A stretch of 64,000 nt of DNA from Tubiluchus corallicola (taxonomy: Eukaryota > Animalia > Priapulida), in NCBI GenBank assembly GCA_030141605.1, contig JAQGDQ010000696.1, positions 1-64,000 on the forward strand, written 5' to 3'. The notes below the pieces were generated by a model. That model was not told the origin of the DNA. It was given only the letters and a program-made list of their open reading frames with translations, and searched no databases. Shown in pieces: positions 1 through 36,969 of this stretch. Position 1 is the first letter of the stretch, and each line of letters starts with the position of its first letter. Both the position numbers and the translations under genes were made by a program.

Positions 1-55
<55 letters not shown>

Positions 56-87
56 CTCTCTCCTCTCTCTCTCTAGCTCTCTCCTCT

Positions 88-142
<55 letters not shown>

Positions 143-205
143 GCTCCCTCCTCTCTCTAGCTCCCTCCTCTCTGTCTCTCTCTCCCCTCTCTCTCTTCTC
201 CCTTC

Positions 206-283
<78 letters not shown>
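1..283. repeat. (CT)n/(GA)n microsatellite, imperfect, in a COASY intron
   Basis: Near-continuous CT dinucleotide run; it explains the spurious ER-repeat ORF 140..322. Confidence 0.97.
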
Positions 284-285
<2 letters not shown>

Positions 286-349
286 TTAGTTTCTCACATT
301 TATGCTTACGTTCCAAATTCACAACACCTTGTGTATTATGTACACTTAC

Positions 350-1997
350 TCATAAGCATGGGACCATCTGTGACACCAATCGTTAATGACGATCGAGTTC
401 GTAAACAAGCTTCTGTCAAAAGTATTTTATGTCCTATGTGCAATCGGTCAAATGTGCCACCCATTACAGTGTGTTTGTAAACCTTTTCTGACAGAGACGT
501 AGTACCACCTGCATTTAATACAATACAAGCGTAAAATATCAGTTATCAGCAACACAAGCATAAAGTATAAGTCATCAGCAACATTGTGCTTTTACACAGT
601 TTCTAGAATTAACTGGGCTTCTTATATGGCATCCAAGATCTCGCCTAGCTGCTCTGTTTATCTTTCATTAGTAGCATCTTGTGGTATAGTCTTGTATAAT
701 TCAGCAGCACTCTGTGTTAAGCATAGCAAACGTTTAAAGAGTAATATGTAATCAGGAATATCAAGAATTTAAGTCAGAAAGATCTGGTCATTTTAATTCA
801 GATAACTAGGAATGCACCAGATCCCATTTTGCCGGCTCCGGATAGGATCCATTCTATATGAACCAGATTCATTTCCAGATCTACAAATTAATGTAAATGA
901 TATTGCTTAGCCGTTTGTTCATGTGGGGACACTGTCTGTTCATTTTCAGTGCCACTAATGTTTCTTTAAAGTTGATGTTTTGTAATTTTGAACACTTAAT
1001 CCACACTTTAATTCTTTATGTATATATAGTGCATATAGCATAATCTTTATTCGTTTGCACGTAATCTTTACACTGAAAAACTGCCAAACAATATTTTTAG
1101 TAGAAGCACATGGCTCTAAATTTTTAGCAGACATTTTTGCAGCAATAGTGCTATCTTTCTACCCTACTTGCTGCAAGCAAACACAGTATGAACACTGCTG
1201 GTATCGCTTGTGCTACAACCTCGGTGGCAACTAAAACTAAGTGATATATTCGCAAATTTTTGAACATCTTAATAGAAATCCTTCAAATTATTTGAAAAAT
1301 TAAGACTATTCAGCTAATTAAACTGTTATGTACATTTTTTCTTACTAGGACTGATTTTTCCACAACTGGTGCACAATCAGTATTTTTACACATATAAAAT
1401 AGATATACAAACAGTACAAAATCTGACAAACATTTTTACCGACCCCACATCGGATCTGGATGTATTAAAATTACCAGATCTCAGAATCCGGGACACGCAC
1501 ATCCCTACAGAAAACAACATACCTTGTGTATTGTCATCGACATCTGTTGAACTGGAATCAGGATGGTCTTCCAGGGCAGACAAATTAATAGGTACAATCT
1601 TGACTTTTTGACCTTTGGTAAACTTTTGAGCAAGATACTCTACAAAGTCGGCATCCGCATAATGTGGATAATCAGTCAAAATCACATCACAGCAGTTTGA
1701 CAAGCACCAAGATCGTTGATATTTTTTCACATCGGCAAGTAACATTCGCACATCTAAATAATCGCACACACATAATGACTGACTATACAATGAATTCATT
1801 ACTTTCCTTGTTTCGGAGTTGTTTTTTGGTGGAAGGCCATGATGCCTAGCAACTGATGGTGTCGCCAATGCCGGTTCAAAATGAACATACAGTGTCTTCT
1901 CCACATGTTTGGCACTTACACGTAGGAAGTGGTCAAGTTTTTTACATATAGAAGACAGTGGCGTAGAGAGCAATAACAGACCTGTTCTGCAAATCAT
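350..1997 (-). CDS. COASY: Bifunctional coenzyme A synthase (PPAT/dephospho-CoA kinase), 5' part; gene continues beyond the left edge
   Basis: Coding exons 1997-1523 (MICRTGLLLLSTPL...KTLYVHFEP...LDVRMLL, phase-1 GTATGT donor) and 508-350 (VMGGTFDRLHIGHKILL...TIGVTDGPML, HxGH nucleotidyltransferase motif, GTAAGT donor). An acceptor lies 2 nt upstream of the ATG (AG at 2001-2000). Matches the metazoan COASY N-terminus from memory. Confidence 0.93.
807..1507. mobile_element. Non-autonomous hAT-type MITE in a COASY intron
   Basis: Termini TAGGAATGCACC...GCACATCCCTA (TAGGGATG-type), subterminal CCGGAT/CCAGAT motifs, 8-bp flanks cagataac (799-806) and cagaaaac (1508-1515), 7/8 identical. Confidence 0.75.
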
Positions 1998-2263
1998 ACC
2001 TGGAACATACAAACAGATGTAATTTAAATTACACATTATAACTTTACATAGCAGTTTAAGGTAAGACAGTATGCAAAATCAAATTCTGTGTTTGCACATT
2101 ATATTTTACAGGCTGCAGGCTTGCCAGATTCCACAAGAATGATAGTTGTAGATTAAAATGAGTGAAATTGAAACTAGCTTAAATTTAAATCCTGCTAATA
2201 ATTGCTCTTTGAAAGTGAGTAAGGATCAATGTATTACTGAACTGTTGCCAGCTGCTTCATTAA

Positions 2264-2810
2264 AAGAAAACTGGATGATCGTGTCAACATTAGTTCAGAA
2301 TAAATAATGCTCTAAAATATTGAAAACTACAATAGCTTTTTTTGAATCAAAGCTTAGATTAAATAATAATTACCTCGGATACTCAAATTTCGTTAAACTT
2401 TCAAAGCTATGCGTGGCTCAGTGAATTTACTAAGACTGGCAATGTCACCTTTTTGTCACATGCGCATGGCCGACAAATAGAAGGCGGCACCGTGATAACT
2501 ATGATCATGAACTACTGTGTTAGTTTGTGACGTCATATGGTGTAGAGTCCATTTTCTTGACATCACGCGTTTAAGCAGTACTATAAAACTTACGCAAACG
2601 TGTTTGACGTACAAGGGAAGATGCCTGTTATTGCACAAACTGTGGTTAGTTTCTGACGTAAGCAACAGCTGTGTTTGGTGTCGTTAATTAACTTCCTAAG
2701 CTAATTATTCAAATATAAGAAGCAATTGCTAACTTTTATAGGCAAGAAAATGTATATTTTGGACAGTAAATTAAAATGGAATTGAGCATAAACAATCATC
2801 CAGTTTTCCT
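2264..2810. mobile_element. Kolobok-like MITE, copy 1 (TTAA target-site duplication)
   Basis: TTAA at 2260-2263 and 2811-2814; TIR AAGAAAACTGGATGATCG / CAATCATCCAGTTTTCCT. The interior aligns by eye with an inverted copy at 41468-42017. Confidence 0.8.
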
Positions 2811-3138
2811 TTAAGGTATCTTTCGTGTCTTAAACAGAGTAATAACACGAGGGTGGCAATGTCATACGTAACAATAGTTAACCATGACATGTGTACATTA
2901 ACCTATTAACTACATAAACTATAATCAAGTGAATTGGATTGACATGGCTAATTGATACATGATGCTAGAAGTTGTGTTAAACCACACTAAAAGGAAAAGA
3001 ACACAAAATTTTAGACAATGTAAAATATAGCTCAAAATGACTAAATAACATGAAATGCTAATGTAGTCTAGAAAAATGACTTACCCCTACGTGAAAAGAA
3101 TATTACCCTAGAACTATCAGGTTAGGAACACAAATCTA

Positions 3139-3175
3139 TTTAGCTGACGACGCCGTTAGGGCGAAAGCTCCTGAA
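3139..3175 (+). ncRNA. Minimal type-I hammerhead ribozyme motif (Penelope-like element type)
   Basis: tttag-CTGACGA-c-GCC-gttag-GGC-GAAA-GC-TC-ctgaa: intact core, 3-bp helix II, palindromic AGCT helix III, 5-bp helix I with one G-U pair. Confidence 0.65.
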
Positions 3176-3479
3176 AGAAATAATAATTTACTTTAAGACT
3201 ATGAAAGGCATTTTACGTTTTATTCGTGCTAAAAATGAAGGTCTCAGAACAGCTCTCCCATATTTTACACTAGATGTCAAATTTCACTGCTTGCTTAGCA
3301 AATAAAGTTTCTCAACACTGAGCACGATCAATCAGTAGATGTGCAACTGCTCAGAAAATCGCTCCTAGGCAATTTCATCTGCCAAACTGCCAGTTTATTA
3401 CTGACTTATTTTACTGATATAGTAATGAAACTTTTAACATATCACAACGATTTTATTCATGGCACTACAGCACCCAAAT

Positions 3480-4505
3480 CATAGTCTTTCTTTAGCTATG
3501 TCTATGTTTGTGAGGTGGGGAAGTTTTTGCTGCGGCACATTTAAAGTCGCAAATGGTGTACGGCAGGGTGCAAAAATGTCACCCATACTATTTAATTTAT
3601 ATTTCAGAGACTTGGAGTTATGACCTCACATCTACCGGTCTAGGTTGTCAGATAGGTGGTACTTACATAAATCACCTTTATTTGCTGATGATGGATGTTT
3701 ACTAGCATCCACTACCACGGCTTTACAAACTTTAGTTGATATGTATGTTGAATACACAAATAGTCATGACATAGTAATAAATGTCGACAAGACTAAACTT
3801 TTAACAAATTACACGCCCAACCAGCATGTGTGGGTTCAATTTCGGTTCACTTGAGGTAGCCGGTACAATAATTATACCATGTGAAACAGAAAAATATCTT
3901 GGACATATTATCACCAGAGATAATAAAGATGATATAGATATTATCAGACAACAAAGTCTTTTTTTATGCTAGAGCGAACCGTATTCATTATTGTTCACCT
4001 CATGGCAAAACTAATCTATTCAACTCTTATTGTAATTCTTTCTACGGTATGGCCACCTAGCGGCATTTTTATAACTACAGTGTGAGCAAACTTAAAGTAG
4101 CTCACAATATTTCTAAACGCAAACTTTTCGACTACCCATATGATTATAGTTCTAGGACCATTTCAGTAGACCACGATGTTTTATACTTTGATGTAATACA
4201 TAGGAAAACTGCATACAGTTTATACAGTACAGTAACACAAAGCTCAAATCTTCTTATAAAAGCAGTGAATAACAGTGACGCACTTTACACTTCAGACATA
4301 AGAGACCAATGGAGAAAGTATTATGTAGAAATTATGGGTGACGATTCATATAGATATATATATATATTGTACTGTTATTTTATATATATATATGTATTAA
4401 TTTGTATATGTTGGGAGAAGGGGTTATAATTATTGTATGTCTTGTAAGTATTGTATGTTATGTATTTTATGAACCTAATTCGAACTAAAGAGTTAAATCA
4501 AATCT
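3480..4505 (+). mobile_element. Decayed LINE, RT and C-terminal domain (RTE-X-like) with 3' UTR
   Basis: NGVRQGAKMSPILFNLY, LFADDGCLL, KYLGHII...DDIDIIRQ, FNSYCNSFYG, KLKVAHN; stops and frameshifts. Confidence 0.8.
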
Positions 4506-5199
4506 ATGTTACATTTTAAAGACTCCACATCATTCATTCACAAGACAATTATAAACTTGCATCGTATAATCAACATCACATCATAGCTAGTGTAATGTAA
4601 ATATTAGTAATTACTAAATTTGATTTTGCCTAAATCTACCAAATCATATATTGGATGGACAGTATGGCAGAGGATTGCTACTGAAGTGTAACTGTTTCAC
4701 TGTTTATTTTTCAAAGCATTCAAGGACTCAACATCCACAACCCTAACTTGGTACGGTAAGACAGATCTTTAAAACCAGGTATCAGTTTGGTTGCTGATTG
4801 TTGCACAGCTTCAATTTATTTTTTCAAACTTATATCCTGAGAAGACCAAATACTGTGCCCATATTACACAACTGGGGGGTTAAGTCCACATAACAATTTA
4901 CTATAGTGTCCTTGGGAAGGTAAAACCTAAGAATAAGAAAAACTAAAATACCATATTAGCTTTCGAAACAATTTGTCCAATATGTATTTAAAGAAGAGAT
5001 TGCTATCCATTAATAAGCCAAGATCGCTCAGACAATCAACTTCATGCAAGATGTGGTCCACTATGTTAGGGTTTTCACTACTCATACGATAAGTTCTGTT
5101 ATTTACCTTGTAAAGGGAGGAAGTACATCATCTTCCATTACTGCCAGTTTAGTGTCTCATCTTAGAAAATTATTCTTCACAGTGAGCTACATTCAGGAA

Positions 5200-5689
5200 A
5201 CAGCCTTACTTGCGTGTTTACTGATGAAGAAGTTAATGTACGATTTGCCAGCCGAACTGACACAGTAATCAGCTCAACAGAAATCACAGAGAATGTAATT
5301 AATGATGCTATTTCTCATCTCAGAACTGACTCGGCAATGGGACCAGATCAGTTTCATCCCTTCGCAATAAAGCAGCTTAAGACAATGCTAGCAACTGCGC
5401 TTAAGATGATATTTCAAAAATCACTTGATGAAGGGAAAGTACCTTGCCCATGGAAACTCAGTTAATTTTGATGCTGTATATTGAACGAGTCAATGTGTAT
5501 CTCAATTAATAATATTCATAATTATACTAATTAATATAAAATTTTGCAAACTATAGTCAATAATTATAGTACCTATTTCTGCTAGCAAGTATCATTGGGC
5601 AGCTAAAATATCACACAGTTTGATTAATAATATAATTGCAATTGTCGATCTGTATCTCATAATAGCTAGTATAACTAAATAGCAGTACA

Positions 5690-5729
<40 letters not shown>

Positions 5730-6090
5730 TGTGTGTGTGTATGTATGTATGATAGCAAACTATAGTTCTACCTGTATATAATTTTCTTTTTGTACTAGCC
5801 AATGTATGTAATGTTAATACCATATTTGCGCAATAAATTGAATTGAATTATAATTGATGTTTCGTATCAATCTGACAAAACTACAACCTGGTCATTATTT
5901 TGCTAATAATCTACGAGGTACTGGATATAAAGTTATTAAGCCCAGATGCAGAAACAGGAATAGGTTTATGTTCAGGACTATCAATGACCAGAATTCATTA
6001 AATACTAAGGTATGGTGTGCCACTAATGTTTCACACTTTAAGACACAACTGGATCAGTATTGAAAGACCATCCTGAAATGTAGCACGGCC
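5200..6090 (+). mobile_element. Fragmented CR1-type LINE interrupted by another LINE 3' tail and (TA)n
   Basis: SAMGPDQFHP...LKMIFQKSLDEGKVPCPWK (5214-5465) and LRGTGYKV...RTINDQNSL...FKTQLD (5854-6063). The insert ends aataaattgaattgaatt. Confidence 0.7.
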
Positions 6091-6452
6091 CATTTCACCA
6101 TGAATGGACCTTATTGGCGGAAAATTAAAGACTCCCACTTGATTATACACCACAATGGCATAATATTAACAGTTATACTGTTTAACCGGATCCACAATGT
6201 TATATATACAATTAAGTATTGCAACCATGGGCAAAAAGCTATTAGCTTCGCCCTGATCATCGAAGGAAGGTATTTAAGACAGTGAATACACTGAAAAGCC
6301 TTTATCACAGTACTAGTAAAATAAAGCTAAATAAAGACTAGACAGTAGACACGTGCAAACGTAAACACTTGACCACATGCTCATGGCAAGTTAACCAATC
6401 ATGGACAGCAAAGAGCATAAAGAAAAAAGTTGATGTTGAAATTCAGAACAAG

Positions 6453-6463
6453 AGTCTTTTCTC
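6453..6463 (+). promoter_or_regulatory. Candidate TCT/5'TOP initiator of the EF1-beta gene
   Basis: gtCTTTTCTC pyrimidine tract about 105 nt upstream of the ATG, followed by YY1-like GATGGCGG. TCT promoters are typical of translation-factor genes. TSS not demonstrated. Confidence 0.4.
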
Positions 6464-6561
6464 AGCGAAACTTGATGGCGGTATCCACGTGTCTGTAAAA
6501 ACTGGAAGTAAGACTTACATGAAAAGTGCAAAAATTCATAGACAAATCAAACAAAATAGTG

Positions 6562-9500
6562 ATGAATATGGTTATTGCAGATCTTAATCAGCTTAATAAC
6601 TTTTTGGCCGATAAAAGTTATTTAGATGGGTACGAAACACATCTTTTCTTGACTGCTTGTACAATAATCCAAAAATAGTCTGTTTTCGTGTTAACTGACA
6701 AGCACATTAGACTGGAGCGTATTTCTAAGAAGCTGGATATTATATATAGCTTCAAATTTATTTATTCTGTTGTAACATTATTAACGATAATTTACAATAA
6801 TCCACAACTGATGGGGATTTAGTATATTTTGCTATTGATCCCACTACTTTTCCAAGTGTACTGTAAAAACTAAAAATTTGAGAAGCCACCACCAGTGGAG
6901 GACTTCATACCACAACTAAGGGTTGCTGGTCCCAAGAAGGCCTGTTAGGATCAGTGTATTTTCTGTGTGATTTTTGCAGTGTTTATTTAAAGGAGCCTTG
7001 AATTGGGTGGACTGGACTACATGAGAAGGCAGGTTATTCCAGGTGTTAGCTACTCTATGGGGGAATACATCTTTCCTTTTGTTCTATCTTCCATTCAGCC
7101 TTGTTTTGAGCAGTTTAAATGAGTGTCCTCTTGTTCTTTGTGTCTTTGATGTTTATACATCTGTCCAAATGTAGTCTATCTATCAATAAGAATAGCTATA
7201 ATTATAATGTGGTCTTGGTACTTTGTCCTGCCAAAGAAATGTGATATTAAAATGCATGTTAATGAGATACAATGCTAGTGTCTATACTTTGCCATCACAA
7301 TGTGTGCTTCTTACACTGCAGTCAAAAATCATTAAGCCTGTGAGAATAATTGTTGATCATTTTCAGATATCAGCCAAAACAAGCAGATGTAGCACAATTT
7401 AGATCTCTGTCAGGACCGCCACAAGCTTCACTCTGTCATGCATTGAGGTGGTACAACCACATCAAATCATATGAAAGAGATTTTTCAAGGTAAAAGTACA
7501 AGTGGTTGTGTAAAAAATCTATTGATTATTGCAGTCGTTATCAGTTGAATTGAATTAGAATTAATCTGAACATTTAAATCCGAGTCTGTCGATGTTGCAA
7601 ACAGAATCAGCAACAAAACAAATGAACGATTTTGCATTTTATTTGACTTGGCCACTTTTACTTATTCATTTTTGGATCAGCTCTTCATTTCCCAAAATGT
7701 GGTTAAATTCATACCACAAAATTCTGTTAAACATTTTATCCAAACCGCAAGTAACATTAAAAAGATGAAAGCTAAATAGGAATCATCAACTTTGGTTATA
7801 AAGCTTGCTTGCATTGTGACAACTTTGCTGCGTCTCACCTTTAAAGGGATTTGCACTTTCCTTCCTGAGTTTCCTTTTAATCATTTTTAGGATTAATTAT
7901 ATGTGATAAATTCTTCTTCATATTTATTTTGCATTGCATCATATTTATTGTAATACTTGCTCTACCAATGAAACATCATGCTGGAATCTGATTTGTAAAG
8001 AGTCCTAAATAAAAAATAGAATTGTATATCTAAAAGCTATATGAAAATTAAAATTTAAATGTTTGTAACTAGGCTACTCTATGATTGTATTTTCATTCTG
8101 AAATATGCATGTTGGTCAATTACAGTCTGCCTGGTGAAGCTGTTGAAAGCAGTGCTGCTGAGGTTTCAGATGAAGAGGTTGACTTGTTTGCATCTGATGA
8201 AGAAGAAGAGGTATAAAACTATCTTTCTTTTAACAGCATGAGGCCTAAATTTTGAAGTGTTTAATCACGTAGTAGAATCTACAGAAATTCTTTGCTGTTG
8301 CGTAACTATCTTAATTTGCTGAAAAATTTTGAGCCACAGCTCAGTCATGTAGTTCACTTACAATCATGTAGGGAGGGAGGAAGGGAAAAAGCGAGAGAGA
8401 GAGAGAAGTGGGGGGGGGGGGTGGATGGAGGCTAGTTACAAAATTTCAACACTGTGTACATTAGCTTGCTTTCCAACTGTTATTAGTCATGTGTACAGTT
8501 TCACATTTAAGAATTTGCTTTCAATTTAATTAATTTTACTCCTCTGCATATTTCAGGATGAAGAAACAGCCAGACTTCGAGAAGAACGCCTAGCGGCCTA
8601 TGCCGAGAAGAAGAAAAAAAGTAAGTTTTGTCTCATTTAACTGTTATGTGTATTACTTAAGTAAAAATTTATATGTAATTTGTTCTCAATTAGAAGTGCA
8701 TAAAGGAGACTAGGCTTGGTGGATTAAATACCCGTCGGCCTGCTTGCATTTGTGTTTCATGCCTGTAAATCCAGCCTTCGAGGTTACCCAAACTTCTAGT
8801 TCTGGGTTTCTGTTTACTTAACAAGTGCCTGGCAATTCTGCAATATTGCTGGCATCGAATGCAAAATAATCATATAGTGAAAAGACTGCCGTAATTTAGT
8901 TTGTGGGTACATAAATTTCACAGTAAATGAAGTAGCCCTCCACACAGCTTTTTATATTATGCATTGAAAGTCTTATTGTACTGTGCTCAGAAAGATTAAA
9001 TTAGCAAAAATAAAGCCATTGCCAAGCTAACTTAAAAATATTAACAACCCTACACGTTAGTCATTTTACAAATGTCTAGCAGCAAAAATAAAGCCATTGC
9101 CAAGCTAACTTATTAACAATCCTACAAATTAGTCATTTCACAAATGTCTAGCAAAGATGTGAGATAAAAAGTCTCATCTTTTCTATAGTGCATTGAAATT
9201 TATCAGAGCCAGTTTACTTGTGAACATTTCTAGTGAACATTCAAAAACATTCATCTTTGTTTAAGCACTGCAGATGAAAATGTTACTATATAATTCGACT
9301 ACAATTTGTGAAGGTTTGGTTGCTATCCGTAAAAGTAAACTTTTAGTAAATAAGTTGGTAAACACAGATGATTATGTTTGCAAAACAGAACTGGCTTACT
9401 TTTATTGCTAAGGTTAGTCAGTCAGGGCATTGAAACATTTAATAATTTTATCTATTAATAATCAAGATAGTTTCTATCGTTCAAAGTAATTTATTGTGTT

Positions 9501-11188
9501 GCTATCATTTTGCTTGAAAAATCGACTCATTAACATAACCTAACAACCATTATAGTAAATGCAAATGTAACACTTGTGAAGTTTTGGCGGTATTTGTCTT
9601 GCATTATGTGAACTGATTAAGCTTACGCATTAGAATAATTCTGTAATTTGTCATGACCGTAGCTATTAAACGTTCGATAAAATACGAATGATTTTATAGA
9701 TTAGTTTGCTAGTAACTATTTCAACACTGTGCTGCCATCTATAGCTCGTTTTACAATTGCCATGCTCATAGTACTGTTGCCTTTCGAACAAAATACTTCA
9801 ACTTTGGCATTGCATTTTAGATGCAAAAAATTTCTGAGTAATGGTGCAGCAACTTAGCAATAAAAATTCTTATTTAATTATTTATAATTAGTTAGTATAA
9901 AGAATGTAATTCATCATGTTTCTATTGTAAGCTTATTGTTTAATTTATGACAAAGAATAATGCCCTTAGCCACTTACAGTGTCACAAAATGTGTCTTAAT
10001 TGTTTAATCTGGAAAAATAATAGAATATAACTTTCAGAGCCTGGTGTAGTAGCCAAATCTAATATTATTCTGGATGTGAAACCATGGGATGACGAAACTG
10101 ACATGGCAGAAATGGAAAGGTTAGTGCGATCTGTAGAAGCTGACGGCTTGCTATGGGGTGCTTCCAAACTTGTACCTCTTGCTTATGGCATAAAGAAACT
10201 CCAGATTAGCTGTGTTGTGGAAGATGACAAGGTAAACAAAATTTAGTTGATTTACTTCATTATAATTTGACATGAATATATATACTGCTGCACTTCCTAT
10301 ATGCTGTATAGGCCAAACTTCTTGAGCATAAAGTAATAAGCGATGTTAATACTGAGTTTTAGTCAACCTGATTCTATTTGCCATTCGTGTGCTTGCAAAA
10401 ATCGTCCATAAGCTTTTCTAGTTATTCACATATCATGAAGATCATTTTGATACCAAGCTCATCACTCTCTGTTATTTCTAAGCTGAGATAATCCATGTTA
10501 AAGTTGAGGTGCACTCTTCTCACTGAAAAACATAACATTGAAAAAATCGCAGTTAAAGTTAACCATTGTTTTTTGTTGCATTTCTACAAAACACTTAACA
10601 ACCGCACAACAGAAAAAAACCAAAGCAAAATGACTGCTTCCACGTGCTACTATGAAGTTACTGCATTACTAGTTTCTAGCCAGAAAAAGTGGGTACGGGG
10701 TTATAAAATTAGATTTTTGTTTTTTAAACATTTTCTTGATAATTAGATGCTAGAATATGAAAGTCCAATATATTTGGTATTTGTTTTTTTATAAAAAAAA
10801 ACAAAAAAATAATATTGATCAAATTTTTGGTGCATTCTACTTTGAAGCATCGTAATGCGGTATGCCAACTTATGGATGGTTTGCAAGCACACATGTGATA
10901 ATGAATAAAATGCTTTGTTATTAATAGCTCCTAATTCAATGCAATAGTATGTGCCCGTCATTTTGTTTACTGTGGCTTCAATTTTGTATTGTAAGCAGCT
11001 GAAGATGAAGAGAGAAGATTTTGAACCTAGATAGCTTATGATTATTGTAGTTCCCTCCATTGCATACAGTCTTAACCATCAACTCATTGCTGTTATTACA
11101 GATTGGCACAGATTTTCTGGAAGAAACACTTTCAGCATTTGAAGATCACATACAATCAGTGGATGTAGCAGCATTTAACAAAATCTAA
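6562..11188 (+). CDS. EEF1B2: Translation elongation factor 1-beta (eEF1B-alpha), 206 aa
   Basis: Exons 6562-6629, 7367-7489, 8126-8210, 8557-8620, 10038-10231, 11102-11188 (621 nt, all GT-AG, phases consistent). Motifs: [18 protein letters not shown]...[42 protein letters not shown]...[13 protein letters not shown]...[16 protein letters not shown] at 11203-11208. Confidence 0.95.
6895..7150 (-). mobile_element. CR1 LINE 3'-end fragment in EF1-beta intron 1
   Basis: Minus-strand [11 protein letters not shown]...[10 protein letters not shown] motif typical of the CR1 ORF2 C-terminus. Confidence 0.65.
8709..8741 (-). mobile_element. Degenerate Helitron-like 3' terminus (GC-rich hairpin next to CTAGT)
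   Basis: Minus strand reads aggccgacgggtatttaatccaccaagcCTAGT, a decayed palindrome adjacent to CTAG. Confidence 0.35.
9003..9153. repeat. Short tandem duplication (about 75 bp x2)
   Basis: agcaaaaataaagccattgccaagctaactt...acaaatgtctagc occurs twice with small indels. Confidence 0.85.
10382..10897. mobile_element. MITE with CAYAYGTGTGCTTGCAAA-type TIRs, copy 1 (EF1-beta intron 5)
   Basis: Ends gtgtgcttgcaaaaatcgtccataag and cttatggatggtttgcaagcacac; inverted homologous copy at 13878-14488. Confidence 0.75.
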
Positions 11189-12512
11189 GCAATCTTTGTA
11201 TTATTAAAATGTATTTACTTATCTTGATTTTATGAGTTTTATTTAATTAACAATTAAGTGTTTAGGCAAAAACAAAAGTAACAATGATGTGATCAGAATG
11301 TTAGGTAACATTACAGCTTTATTTATTTATTTTAGAAAATTACATTACAGCTAAACTCAAAAAGCATCCGTTAACAGACACTTTAATGAACCATTATGCT
11401 CTTTGAGCAATTTGTGTACTAACAAAAAATAAATTTAAACAATTAACAATGACAAATTCCCCATAGTCCCACAAAAGTTTAAATTGTGCAATCAAATCTT
11501 GCTTGCACATTGTGACATGAATATGATTTGTATGGCACCCAGTCAATAACAAAATACGGGTAGAATTTATTGTAATTTCTGATCACTATAAAACGACTGG
11601 AATCGTGAAAGAAATCAGCAGACTGTGAATCAAAACGAATTTTTTTGTTCAGATTCAGCTTCTTAAATTACAGATCGTAATTATTTCATGGTTCAAACTG
11701 TAAATGCCGGTTGAAACTGTTGAAGACCCACATTCACGAAATGTCGCTGTTTGCATGCTGAAAAGCTGTCAAAATTACTTGTAATGAAAAATAAATGAGG
11801 TACACAAATTGTTGATTAAACTGAAAAGTTCATGATTGTAGTTCCAAACTATCGATTATTATCAAAATTATTTTTCAACCGTCTGCAAGTGACAAAATGT
11901 TTAGGAAGTTGGTTATTCATTCTTTTTTACAAACTTCTTACTGTTTGACGACAGGCCCACTTAATTATACCAGCTTTGAGTAGGCATGTGTAATTAAATT
12001 ATCAAGCAGGCAAATATAATTTCTTCTGTGCAAGTTGCTACAACAGTGCCGCATACAGAAGGCATTATAATATGACATCACACAAACTTCAGCACATGAT
12101 GAAGTTTGGAAGACAGTCAAATTGCCATGCCTTATTGACAGACATGCAGAAGTTTCCAAAATGAGAAGTGAGAATGATGTGCACGATGGTTTGGTAGTCA
12201 AAAACTTCCAATAGTGCAGTGTCGGTGCACTAATTAAAAACACTGATTGTCATCTAATGTTGAATTCTTTGTGGAAATCCCTTTTGGGATGCAAAACCCT
12301 AACAGAGCAGTCAGATCACTATCATTTATCATCGACTCAAGTTTGCTGAGCAATGCAACACATTAGCATTTGCTGTTCAATCACAACTGTCAAACCAGAA
12401 TGTTTGTTAAGCCAAGACTATTGTAGCCATGATGGTTAATGAGATTATAAGCTCTAAACTTGGCAGCAATTGCTTATGCTGTAATATATAGTATCTGCAT
12501 CTGTGACTCAAT

Positions 12513-36969
<24,457 letters not shown>

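Noticed and set aside
140-322. ER-repeat ORF
   Set aside because: Translation of the (GA)n microsatellite.
8370-8431. G-rich tract with a poly-G run (G-quadruplex potential)
   Set aside because: Looks like simple-sequence expansion next to (GA)n; no evidence of function.
6630-11101. Intronic snoRNAs (vertebrate EEF1B2 hosts SNORD51 and SNORA41)
   Set aside because: No convincing C/D box pair with terminal stem, or H/ACA double hairpin, found by eye; needs snoscan or Infernal.
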